From Vicugna vicugna (Eukaryota): a stretch of DNA of 54,495 nt. The stretch spans positions 337,558-392,052 of the forward strand of contig MU057654.1 of the NCBI GenBank assembly GCA_013265495.1, written 5' to 3'. Within the stretch, counting starts at the first letter, position 1. Each line of letters starts with the position of its first letter. The notes beneath the pieces are model-generated. The model was not told the DNA's origin. It did not search any database and saw nothing but the letters and a program-made list of their open reading frames with translations. Shown here piece by piece: positions 1 through 11,389 of the stretch. The position numbers and the translations under genes were made by a program.

Positions 1-320
1 AAACAAACAAAAACAAAGCATAAATACAGGACAGAAATAGACTCACAGACATAGAATACAGACTTGTGGTTACCAGGGTGGTGGAGGGTGGGAAGGGATA
101 GACTGGGATTTCAAAATTGTAGAATAGATAATCAAGATTACACTGTATATAGCACAGGGAAATATACACAAAATGTTATGATAACTCACAGAGAAAAAAA
201 TGTGACATTGAGTGTGTATATGTCCATGAATGACTGAAAAATTGTGCTGAACACTGGAATTTGACACAACATTGTAAAATGATTATAAATCAATAAAAAA
301 TGTTAAAAATAAATAAATGA
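1..320 (+). mobile_element. Young LINE-1 3' UTR with A-rich tail (5' part outside window)
   Basis: L1 3'-UTR motifs (gacttgtggttacc, ctgtatatagcacagggaaatatac, aattgtgctgaacactggaa) ending in aataaaaaatgttaaaaataaataaa; near-identical to 26570-26820. Confidence 0.85.
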
Positions 321-1159
321 ATTATTTTTTCAAGTTAATTGATATTGTGAAAATAATCTGTGGCTCAAAACACACCTTTAATCTTTGAAAAAAAATCCTA
401 TGGCCCTAGTCAAGAATATAGAGTGTACCACTCATTAAAATTTTCAGCATTCTTCAAAAAATCACAAAATTAGAACAAATGATTTAAGCATTTTAGTATC
501 AAACTCTCCTTCTATAAATAAATCTTTCCTTTGTGCAATCCAAATCGCTTGGAAAAAAATATTTCAACTTCTTCAAATTATGTTCATTTGTTCTACTTTC
601 TTGTCATCTTTTCATTATTTCAGTGGAGCAGGAAAGGAAAAAAAGAAGGTGCATTTTTTCTTAAAGAAACTCAGTGGTATCATGAAAGGTCTCACCATTG
701 TCCCTACTCTAGAAGAAAACAGACATAAGCTTCTAACCTCATAAAACAAACCATGTGTGAATTCTAAAAGTTATTCTTTCCACCACTGCTCTTTTCTCGT
801 TACTCAAAATGGTAATTTTTTCGGTTAACACAATCACCGGAGTTGCTCAAGAGAAAGGGCATTTACCTATCAAAATGTGCATTGGATCATACAATCTTCC
901 CTCTCTGTCACTCAATTAATATTTGGCATCCTGTATTTTCTTTGGCAATCCTATCAGTTACTGAGTTCTCTCTCTCTTTTTATTGAAGTGTCTTTCATTT
1001 GCATAACCACACCAGCATTCTCACCACTTCCTCTTTATATCAGGTCTTCTTCGTGTCATGCTTGCACCATTACAATAATTTCCAGACTATTTTCCTTTCT
1101 CCAGTCTCTCTTCTGCACATTGCTGCCAGGATAGTTTTTATTAAGCCACTTCCCAGATT

Positions 1160-2270
1160 AAAACTTTAAAATGATTGAGAACCAGGTAATTCCCATGTCA
1201 TTTAAACTATTCTAGAGCATAAAGAAAAATTTTAAACTTTCACATTCCTTTTTATAAAGGTAGCAATAATTATAGAAGTTATAAATATGTTTTCCCAATA
1301 AATCTTCCAAAATTGGACACTTGTTCTCTTTAGGAATAACAATGCAAAAATCTCAAATAAAATATTAGCAGATAGATCCAACATTATATTTAAAAATAAT
1401 GCTCCTTGTTAAGTTTCATTTCAGTAATGTAAACATGGAACAATATTGAGAAATCTATTGCTATCATTAATCAAAAGAATAGTAATAGGAGGAAGATGAA
1501 GTAAAGGAATGTGCTAATACTTATCACCTAATCCTGACTTTTAAAAATACTCTATATGTAATACGTAGTATCTGCAAATCCCAGACTTGCAGTATCCCTC
1601 CCGCCTCCCACTCCAGTAACCATAAGTTTGTTTTCTGTGTTTGTATGTTTCTGTTTTGTAAATAAGTTCATTTGTGCCATTTTTAAAAGATTCTACATAT
1701 AAGTGATATCATGTAATATTTGTCTTTCTCTGTCTGACTTCATTTAGTATGAGCACAGGGAACTATATTCACTATCTTATAATAATCTATAATGATAAAG
1801 AATATGAAAAGAATATATGCATAACTGAATCAATATTTTGTACACCAGAAACTAACACACTGTAAATCAATTATACTTTAATTTTTTTAAAAAGACTATA
1901 AAATTGATAAATATATTTTAAGTCAAAGCCACAGTCATTAATGAGGAAATGCTACAGAAGCATTTTTAGCAAAATCAGAAACAAGGTAACAATTCTACCA
2001 TTATTATATTTTAAGACGGTTCTGGAAGTACCAGCTCAGTGCAATTAGGGGAAAAAAAGGATGGATAAATACTGGAAAGAAGAAGCAAATTTTATCTTTA
2101 TTTACAGATGATATGATTTAATACCTGGAAAAATCCAAGAACAAGAACTGGGAAACAATTAGAAGCAATGAGCCAGTTCAGTAAGTGACCATTTACTACA
2201 TAAATACATAAAAATTAATAGCTTTCCATGACTAAATAAAAACCAGTTAGAGAACAAGAACAAGAAGGTA
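1160..2270 (+). mobile_element. Old L1M ORF2 remnants (host of the 1555-1890 insertion)
   Basis: Degenerate ORF2-like stretches (aatgcaaaaatctcaaataaaatattagca; tctttatttacagatgatatgatttaatacctggaaaaatcc, the FADD-type RT motif region). Boundaries approximate. Confidence 0.6.
1555..1890. mobile_element. 5'-inverted (twin-primed) L1 3' fragment
   Basis: ~1555-1751 is antisense L1 3' UTR (reverse complement caaacttatggttac...gatttgcagatac). It joins at 1751/1752 to sense agcacagggaactatattc...gtacaccagaaactaacac...tatacttta. Both halves match the L1 at 23200-23590. Confidence 0.75.
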
Positions 2271-2768
2271 TTCTTTATTACTGTAGTTCCTGAGAAGCCC
2301 ACTAAGTGCTGCCTGAGTATGTGAAAATCAGTGATATTCTTGAGGATTAAGAAGGAATAACGTATCCTGGTGTGATGAACTGGCATCCAGCTGAGGCTCA
2401 ATAAAAGCTATTTCTTTTCTTCTAGAAGCTGATTTCACCCTCTATGCCTTTGAATTGGAACACAATCTTGAAATAAGGCCCCAGCAAGATCTGCAAAAGT
2501 TCTCTTATGGAACAGGAGCTTTCCTTGATGCCTGTGGATGAATGAACTGTTAAGGACATGGCTGAGATTGGGACTCCATATCTGCATCTTCTTGGCAACT
2601 TACTGAAAGTGGTCTCTGAAAGTAGAGTGGCTGTCTCCATGTCCAGATCAGAAGCAGAGGTAAGACTGGCCCAGAACACTGATCTCAAAAGTCACAGTTC
2701 CTGATTCTGGATAGTGGTCTTCAATGACCCCTCTTATAACTTCCCTTCCTATAGTCTTCCACTCAAAC

Positions 2769-2809
2769 ATACACACACACACACACACACACATACACAT
2801 ACACACACA
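2769..2809. repeat. (CA)n microsatellite
   Basis: Directly visible. Confidence 0.95.
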
Positions 2810-4457
2810 CGAAGTTTCCATTAAAGAGAAACTGAGATTGTTAATACAGAATGTTTTCAAGTACGTAAAAAGCCCATAGATTGTATCAGACTAACATGGA
2901 ATTGACGTCTTCCTCTTTATACTTAGTTATACTTGCTAAACTGCCTTAGTATCCTATTGCCTTGTCACTGAGTTGAGTCATTGAGGTTGGTCTTTAAGCA
3001 AATGGGAATCAAAATAGACCTAAACATTCAAGTTCAAAGCTGTAAGTCAAAAGAAAGCAAAAGCAAGTCCAGGAGAACATCAGTAAGCCTTTCCTTGAAG
3101 CAGGATGGCAGAGTAGGAGAGCCTCAGATGGAGAAGCAAACCCAGTGCCCCTGAATGAAAAGAAAGCTGTTGAAGACACAGCTGGATTGCTATCTAGGCT
3201 GTGAACCAGGAATCCTCTTGAAGGTTATAAATATTTTCAGTGTCCTAATGAGACAGGACCTACAGGAGTTCTGGTAGTCAGACAAAACCCAATTTGTCTG
3301 TACTCCCTTCCCCTGGAATCTCTGTCCTCATCCCTCTCCTCCTCAGTCCTCTACCCTGGATTGTGATTCAATCCTAATTTAGTGTTCTGGTGAGGCTTGC
3401 AGTCAACTGGGGTCATGGTTCTATTTTCTTATATGTGGGGTGAATCTGTTCCAAACACTTGCTGAAACTATGCAGAGATGTTCAGATTACTCTTCATCTA
3501 TAGGTGCATGAAGAGTAGGAGACATTGGAGACTGCTTTGCGGACTGATCATTGTTGGCCATTAGTGCCAATACATATCATTCCTGATGCAGTGCCCTGGT
3601 TTTCCACTATTTCCTACTTTGTAGTCTTCCTTTTAGGGGATTCCATGACACCTGTTTCTAGCCACATTTTCCCTCTCTCTACAGATCAACACGTGGATAG
3701 AAACTGTATGGGGATATAAAAAGAAAGACATAGGCTGAAACAGCCCCCTCCTCTGAAAGACAATTAGACAAGTACTGAGTATTAAATGTTTGGGGGAAAG
3801 ACAGATACTTGCAGTTCTTTACACATGACCATGCTTGTCAAGCTGTTCCTATTTGGAAATTTATTCCTTTTGCAGCTCCCCTATCACTTTTTCCCTTCAT
3901 ACATCTCACTGACCAGAAACACCCTTCCCCAACAGGAGCATGTGTAGGTAAATTGATTGAAAATAGGAAAGTAATGAAGGAGTGGGAGACAAGATTGGAA
4001 GTCCAGGCTTTGAGCTGGTACTCACTCCCTGGGCAGATAGATAAACAGAAAGTAGGGCAGCAGAGATTGCAGATGTATTCAGAATAGGCAGCACAGAATG
4101 CAAGAGGCCATGGCTGCCCCAGAATCCCAGCTGGTCTCAGCCATTCCCACTCAACAGACCAACACATATGAAAGTGGAGACTGGGTATTCAATGAGTATC
4201 CAAGTATTCAATCAGCCCCAGGACACAAGTCTTAATATCAATCTTTTCTGATTGAAACATCCTACTTCAAGGTCCACCCACCATATCTCCAAATCTCAAC
4301 TCCAGACTCCTCTGCTACCAGCCACTTCCTTAGAAAGCCTTTAAATATTTCAATTTATAATTTTTAAGATAATTGGGATATTTTACTAGGTATTTACAAG
4401 GCACAGGACCAAATTTTAGGATAAAGAAAAGTATACAGCATGAACTTAATTATAGTC

Positions 4458-4478
4458 TGTCTCCCTCTCCCTAGCTCT

Positions 4479-4516
<38 letters not shown>

Positions 4517-4519
4517 GCG

Positions 4520-4568
<49 letters not shown>

Positions 4569-4611
4569 GCGCTCTCTCTCTCTCTCTCTCCTAGCTCTCT
4601 CTCTCTCTCTC
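4458..4611. repeat. Compound (CT)n microsatellite with recurring CCTAG(CG) interruptions
   Basis: Directly visible; cctagc interruption occurs four times. Confidence 0.95.
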
Positions 4612-5375
4612 ATCCCCACTCTCCCTTCTACTCTTTTTCTTTATCTCTATTACTATTAAGAGCTTTTTCTTGATAAATATGACTTTGAACCATCCATAAA
4701 CCTGAAAGAGGCAGTATGATTGATGAACTAAGATGCGTTCTGAAGCCAGAGCTTCCTGGTTTCCAGAGAATCGTGACATCTTAATACACTGAGTCACAGG
4801 ATAAGGGAAGTAGTTTAAATGTCCATGCTTCCAACACCTCATCCTGTGGCCCACCTTCTTCCCCCTTCCTGTGAGCAGGCCACACAGAGAAGCTTTTTAA
4901 TGATGTGATTATTCTAACTCAATTAGCAGGGAATTAAAGGAACAAAGGAAGCCTATTTTACAGTTGGCTGGTCATTCAAAAGCATCTTACCTTAAAATGT
5001 CAGCTAATTAGGAAATGGTAGGAGGGAGAGATTTTACTTGAGTACTTAGACCTTATTATCAGACCTCACTGTGGTTATTAATATTATACTTCAATAAAGT
5101 AAACCAAAAACATATTACCTACCAAATTTTATTTGAAGACTGAGTTTCTATTTTTTTCAGCCCAGAGAGATATTAGATTCATAATGTCCAAAATCATAGG
5201 AACAATTAATTCCCAAATTAGTGTTTTCTCCATTAAGCACCGACCAGTTCCCTTTACTTCCTTTAAGCTCTTTGAAGCTGTAGTAATCTTTGGATATATT
5301 TAACTCTTAATTTATAAATAGGCAGGAAGCTGAGATATGCTTGAAAAAATACAATTGGAAGAGACCCAGTGGCTA

Positions 5376-5486
5376 CAGAGAGAATCGCTGTTCTGGTCTC
5401 TGGGAAGAAATGCAGAGAGAATAGCTGTTCTGGTCTCTGGGAAGAAAATGCAGAGAGAATAGCTGTTCTGGTCTCTGGGAAGAAAA
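5376..5486. repeat. Minisatellite, 3 x 37-38 bp (CAGAGAGAATMGCTGTTCTGGTCTCTGGGAAGAAA(A)TG)
   Basis: Copies start at 5376, 5413 and 5451; near-perfect, no spacers. Confidence 0.95.
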
Positions 5487-5519
5487 GACATATGCAAAGG
5501 GAAAGCGCAGCATCGAGGA

Positions 5520-5730
5520 TGGCTAAATTTACTGAACATGTACTATGTACCAGGCACTGCTCTCAACATTCTACGCTCATTATACCTTGTGAGAAAGGAT
5601 GTTTGTTATCCAAAATTTTCACATAAGGAAAAAGTGCAAAGAAGTTAAATGACTTGCTCAAAGTCATACACATAGCAATGAAACCAGGATTTATACCTAT
5701 GCAGTTTAACTGAGAGCCCAAACTCATGAC
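5520..5730 (-). mobile_element. MIR SINE
   Basis: atttactgaacatgtactatgtaccaggcactg ... gaagttaaatgacttgctcaaagtcatac is the reverse complement of the MIR 3' end and core. Confidence 0.75.
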
Positions 5731-5989
5731 TTTTATGCAATTCTGACAAGAAATATAAGACCACAGATATTTCTGGGCATCAATAAAGATCAATAATGAG
5801 AAAGTATACTAAAGGATTAAAAGAATGCATGACTAGAGACGAAGGGCTAAGCTCAATCTATAGCAATAAATTATTAAATCATCTTATAACCAAGGTTTAT
5901 TTTTTAAGGAGGGAAATACAGATACACACATTCAAGAGCTTGGAAATGAAGTTTCCATCTGAAAGCTTAACAAGTAAACTCATCCACAA

Positions 5990-6780
5990 TGAATGTGAAG
6001 AGTAGACTGTAGGACACAATCAAAGGCCTGCCTACCCAGGTATAGCAGCCAAATACACACAGACCCGACATACCTGGTAAAGTTGAGTGGGGACCAGCCA
6101 GATGAAGGGGAAGAAAGAGCATGCTCCAGGCAGAAAGGGCGACATATGCCAAAGCTAGGAGGTGAGAGAGAGCATGATGCATTCTGAGAACATGAAAAAG
6201 TTTAGTATGGCCAAGGCAGTGAAGAAGGAAGAATAGGCAGGGGTAGGGCTGTGGAAAGCTTAGTTGTTTGGAACTTACCCCCAATTCAGTGGGGAGCCAG
6301 CCACTGAGGTGTTCAAGTGAGACATGGAGCAACTCAGATTTGAGGGAGATCTCAGGCTGTGTCCCGTAGCAGAGGCAGGTAGACCAGTTTAGGAGCCATT
6401 GCGGTCATCCAGGAGAGAGATGGCCAGGCAAGGTTGGCAGAAGTGGCGACTGGGAGGAGGGGACTGATGGGAGATATTTCAGAAGTAGATAGATGGGATG
6501 TGGGAGTGAGGCAGAGGAAGGGGTCTGGTTTGGGCAGCAGGGTGGGTTGTTGGTGCCCTTCATTGAGAGTAAGATCCCAAGGAGGAGGAGGAGGAGGAAA
6601 AATTTGAGGAGGAAGCTCAGGTTGAGAAAAGTTGAGTTTTAGGGCCAGTGATTTGTCTAAGTGGAACTCCTCAGTGACCAGTTGATGATATGGATCTGGA
6701 GTTCAGCTGTGAGGTCTGCCCTGGAGATAAAGATGTGGGTACCATCAACCTACAGACCCTGTGAGTGGGTCAGCTGGCTA
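5990..6780 (-). mobile_element. L2 LINE remnant
   Basis: Typical antisense L2 phrases (ccaggcagaaaggg, ggggagccagccactgaggtgttcaag, tggatctggagttcagctgtgaggtctgccctggagat). Confidence 0.7.
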
Positions 6781-7134
6781 GAGGAGGGAGAAGGGCAGTG
6801 GGAACCGGGAGAAAAGCGAAGGCCAAATGTATGTCACATGGTGTGGAAGAAGGACTTTTGCAACATTCCAGAGTCAATATCATTTCTTTCCTTACTACTT
6901 TGGCTTCCTATTTACTCAGTATCTGTGTTCCTGGAGGTGGGGTGGCCTGAGGGAGGGTGTGTCATCCTTTTCCTTTCCTTGTATTCTTTGGGCCTTTGAG
7001 GGCTTTTGGTGTTCCTTCTCTTTTGGGGAAAGCAGTTTCTTGTTTCTTTTTTTTTTCCCTCTTCCAGGCTGTTTGTGCAGTTCTGACTGCCAGAGCCTGC
7101 TGGCGGGGACTTCCTAGACACATACATTAAGATG

Positions 7135-7340
7135 CAGCACAAACTAGTGGTGAAGAACGTGGGTTTTGGAGACAGTTCAGATTCTAACTCCACTAATTTC
7201 TAGTTTTGTGTACATTAGCAAAGTTGATTAACTTTTCTGAGTATTTCCTCATGTCTAAACTAATACCTATCCTCAATGAGATTTTATAAAAAGAAATTAG
7301 ATAACACATAGAAAGCTTTCATCACATTTATTGCTATTAT
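7135..7340 (+). mobile_element. MIR SINE
   Basis: gcagcacaaactagtggtgaagaacgtgggttttggagacag...aacttttctgagtatttcctcat...taatacctatcctca. Confidence 0.65.
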
Positions 7341-9696
7341 TATAATTTGTATTTATATTTTTATCATTCCTGCTCCAGGACAATCTGGAGCCTGCCATCC
7401 TAGGGCTTTTATGCCAGGCATCGGGAGGAAGGAAGAGTGCCTGAGAAGCATATTGTATTCATGCACTATAATAAACTTTGTACTTTCCTAATGAAGCCAC
7501 AGAAGAGAAATCCACAGGGCTAGTCTGAGCCTGATGAGGCAGTTGTGGGTGTTGATCCTGATAGTCCAAGGTAAGGGTTCCATTTCCCAGGATACCATCT
7601 GATCTACTACAACATATGACATGGGAAGTTCTCATATTCCAGCAGATTGGGTTGGAGTCCCAGCATCCTTCTTGATGAGATTTTTATTGGATAGTCAACC
7701 AGTAACCAGTTCTAGACTCACTTTTTAAAATAAAATTGAAATAGGTGAAACACGTTTTTCTGGATTTCAGATCCCTGGGGGAGGGGAGCCTAGACGGAGA
7801 TAACAGAAAGGCACTTCTCCACTTAGCAGTCAGGATTGCCATGGTTACCTAATGGTTCACATGACTCACAAGTACACCCTGTTCTCTTATGAAGCATTCT
7901 TTGCATTTAAAAGAAATCCACCCGTTTCAAAATTCCCTTCTAAAAACATCTGTTTCAGTGGGGAAAATGGAATTAAGTCTAGAAAAGTTGAGACTTGGAA
8001 TAGCAAATTTATATTTTCTGCAGGAATTTCAATAATAAAGATTTTATTAAAGCTATAAGTGTAGAGTCATAAAACATAGACTTCAGAGAACAATTCAGGT
8101 TTTGATTACATGGAGCATTTGCTCAGGAGTAATGGCTTTTCTTTTCCTTATCACCAAGAGCTCTATCACTAGCAGAAAGCTTCTTACACATTCTTATCAA
8201 TTTGTAGCACTTTTATCACCCACTGTTAGGCTTAACAAAGTTTAAAGGCATCCCAACCAAATCGGTATGTTCTTAAAAAAAAATACAGGTGATAGTGGCT
8301 CCAGATTTTGATGGCATCAATACCAACTACTCTTTACAATAATGTTTCCTAATTACAATAGGTTTCCTAATTGATCAAAGACCTTATATCCAGTTTAAGT
8401 GACTCAGACATGATTGTGAGAGAAATGTTCATACTGAATAAAAATAAGCCATTAGCTGAGAGCAGGGAATCCTAGTCATGCAGACTTTTTAACTGACTCT
8501 TACAAAGTATCCTACAATATGCTGTAATATTTAATTACCCCACAACATTAAAAGGTATAACTTTTAATTATAAGTGAAACTAGTTAGGGAGAAGAGAGTG
8601 AAATAAATTGAATTATAGTAAAATTTCTCAATATTTAATTATTTTAAGGAAATGTATTCTATTAAAATGAGAAAGAATTTCTCTAATCACCCATCAGTAT
8701 CTGTAGAGTCTTGGTTAACTTACCTTCTCTTGACCTCACCTGTCAAATTGAGCAAGATAACTTATGGTTTAAAAAGACAGAAATCGCTCCTAAGTCAAAA
8801 AAAATTTTTCTCTGTTCTGGGAAAAGATTAGTGAAGATGAAGAAATGAGGGATGCCTGAGATACCTGTGCCTTACCTTAAGAGTGTCTCGATGATGTGGC
8901 AAGCCTCAGATAGGAGAGCCATGATGAGTGGCTCAGCAACTCCAACTCTAACAAAGATTTCTGTTTCTCTAGCATAGAGCAGAAGCACCAGAGCCTTCAA
9001 ACCTGAAGTGAGTTTGCAATCTAGAATAACGTGTGTCTCAGCAGCCTATGTGGATGGTCCTGCCTCCTATCCCCAAGAGCCCAGGGCTACCACATGGATG
9101 TTAAATTCATGGGCAGCCCATTTGTCAGGCTAGCAAGATCCCTTTGCCTTGATGCTCTCCCATCTCTGCTTGGGTCATCTTGGATTGTCTAGGTGAACAA
9201 CACCTGCCCTTCCTTTAGCAGCTTTTCCACTAGTTTCAAGAATTTGGAAGAGTTGTAAGGCAGTCAATTTAATACCTGCAAAAGCCTGCTCTAAATGGGC
9301 CAGAGCTACATATCCTATACTGAAACATCCCTCGACCTCTGTACTAGCCTTCAGTCTCATAGGCAGAACACATTTTTGCAAGGTGTTAAACGCATGTTAC
9401 ACAGTGCCCCTCCAAAATTTGTACACTGAAAGAGGAGATTTGATTCTTAATCACGTTATATAGAGAAAATAAGCCTCTTAGGAGAGTGTTTCTGAGAGAA
9501 CCACTCGGAGTTTAGAGAAGTGCGAACACGCTCCTCTTTTTTGTTTTGTTTTGTTTATGGAGAATCTGGGCATTTCCTGATACACTGCGCCTGTGAAGTA
9601 ACTCCACAGCTAGTGATGCTGAAGTTAAGGCCTCCTAGTCGGAGAATCACACGGATAGGAAGCACATTTCCATTGCAAGAATGCAGATTGGCTAGT

Positions 9697-10127
9697 TATA
9701 GTAGAGATAATAGGTGCTATTGATGCCCTGTTCAGATTCCTGGGCTAGTACATCCAACCCCCAGGCTGCTATGAGCGTTGGATGCTAAAGATTCATAGTC
9801 ACACCCTTGTCAGAGGATACCTCAGAGCTAAAACCGCTTTCATCTCACACCAACTCACACACACATTACAGCTTTCAGTCAGTGGAGACAAGAGCCTGGC
9901 TCCTTTGTCTCAAGATGAATCAGTTCTGTGGCGCCCTTCACATCCCAGAGCTGCCCTGGGCTCAGGTTGAGGCTACACTTCAGTTGAAATATAACTATGC
10001 CCTGTTTCTTCCCCTGTGCTATCCTGCTCCCCTCACCTCCATATAGGTTTCATACACTCCCTAAATAAACCACCATCAGAGGAATCCCCAGGTCATGCTC
10101 TGCTTCTAGGGAACCCCACTCGTGACA
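9697..10127 (+). mobile_element. ERVL solo LTR (LTR16-like)
   Basis: Contains ctccctaaataaacc and ends ctctgcttctagggaaccccactcgtgaca, the LTR16-type 3' terminus; 5' boundary approximate. Confidence 0.65.
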
Positions 10128-10779
10128 TAAGGCTATTAATTTATGTTTCATCTCTACAGCTGTCTGTGTTCTCCGCTTTCCCTTTCTCAGTTCAGCCAGT
10201 TCTTACTTCTTTGCCTCAGAGAAAGTGTGGCAGGACTTGCCAAGTTTTATTTCCCCAGAACCTCAAATCCATTGTGAAGAATGAAGTTCAATTAGTGAGG
10301 GATTTCCTTCACACTAAAAAGAAATCCACTCTCCAACTGGAGGGAAAAAAAGAAGAGATCTCTGAGTCTCTTGAGCAGATAAGACCACTACCCTGCTCCC
10401 TGACAGCACCCCCCAAAAAAAGAGTAGGAATTCAAGGTTGCTGGCTATATGATGCACCTAGAAGGCTGAATCCTACCTACCCAGGGCTCCCAGCCTCACC
10501 AAATTCCTATGCCATCTATGCCAAGCATGGCACAAAAGCTGCCAAACTGGTCCTTCTGGAAACTGGGATGGTGGGCACCACAGCTATAACTAGCGTGGAA
10601 CGACATCACCTCATAAGTCTATGTAGATTTCCTCTACATACAGTTATTTTCTAGAAAGTTGAGCCATCTAATATTTCTTTCCCATCTTAAAGGCCAGCAA
10701 AGGGAGATTATTATGTTACTATGAAACAATCTGTTAAAAAACTGTTTATGAAGCATTTTCATCAACTAATAAAAGGCAT

Positions 10780-10968
10780 ACTCTGCAATGTAACCTGAAA
10801 AAAAAATTCTAGGATATCATATACAGTATAATTGCAGTGATGTTAAACGCACACACATCCACATTCTTACACAGATAGAAAGACAAGAAATAATTATTGG
10901 TGGCTTATTTTTATTTTCTTCCTTACAGTTTTCTGTATTTTCTAAACTTTTTGTAGGCAGGATTAATG
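10780..10968 (+). mobile_element. Old L1M(E/C)-type 3' end fragment abutting/truncating the ARMCX-like ORF
   Basis: ttttattttcttccttacagttttctgtattttctaaactttt resembles the 3' terminus of ancient L1ME/MC families; subfamily not determined. Confidence 0.55.
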
Positions 10969-11096
10969 TCTTTCGAATCAGCTGGTCTTTTCTTGTTCTG
11001 CTCTCCACCACATGTTAGTTGGTATATGTAGTACCAGGAGCCAGTCCCGACCACCAGGCCTGCTGCCATCAAGCCCAAATTCTGAGCACGGCCCAT
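10923..11096 (-). CDS. Unannotated ARMCX-family paralog: 57-aa small ORF (N-terminal signal-anchor only); microprotein or truncated pseudogene
   Basis: Manual translation gives MGRAQNLGLMAAGLVVGTGSWYYIYQLTCGGEQNKKRPADSKDINPAYKKFRKYRKL*. Ungapped identity by hand is 19/35 to ARMCX3, 18/42 to ARMCX2 and 17/30 to ARMCX6 N-termini in this window. Kozak context is ggcATGG. Homology is secure; translation is unproven. Confidence 0.6.
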   Translation of the reverse strand: MGRAQNLGLMAAGLVVGTGSWYYIYQLTCGGEQNKKRPADSKDINPAYKKFRKYRKL

Positions 11097-11245
11097 GCCA
11101 CAGCTGGAGCGAATATCTCAAGGGTCTCTCTCTGTCCTCTCTCTCTCTCTCTCTGTCTGTCTCTCTCCCTCTGGCTGTGAGAGCCAGTTGGACTCTGGAG
11201 TCTGAAACTGCAGTCAAGCTGGATCTGGGGTAGGAGGGAGGGAAG
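11097..11245 (-). other. Splice acceptor (AG at 11226-11225) and 128-nt ATG-free leader of the ARMCX-like unit, with a (GA)n tract
   Basis: Minus strand ccctccctcctaccccag|atccagcttgact matches the ARMCX2 coding-exon acceptor ctttaccccag|gtcctgcttggct. ctccagctgtggcATG matches ARMCX2 ctccagctgcaccATG. Confidence 0.7.
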
Positions 11246-11389
11246 AGGGAAATGAGGTGCTGAGCTTCTTTTTCTTTTGGATTGCCATCCCAGCACTGAT
11301 AGATGGACAAGCAGATAGGGACAGACCAAAACCAGAACCAGACAGGAACAAACAGGAGACAATGGGGACTCAGTGCTTTGGTGAATGCA

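Noticed and set aside
5376..5486. CRISPR-like 37-bp repeats
   Set aside because: Head-to-tail with no spacers, in mammalian DNA; a simple minisatellite.
7500..9400. Possible ARM-domain remainder of the new ARMCX unit
   Set aside because: The minus-strand stretches I translated showed no convincing ARMCX motifs (e.g. GGLPI, KEKAL, NNLS); an HMM search is needed to exclude it fully.
10016..10654. 212-aa ORF
   Set aside because: GTG start inside an LTR16-like element; no recognisable homology.
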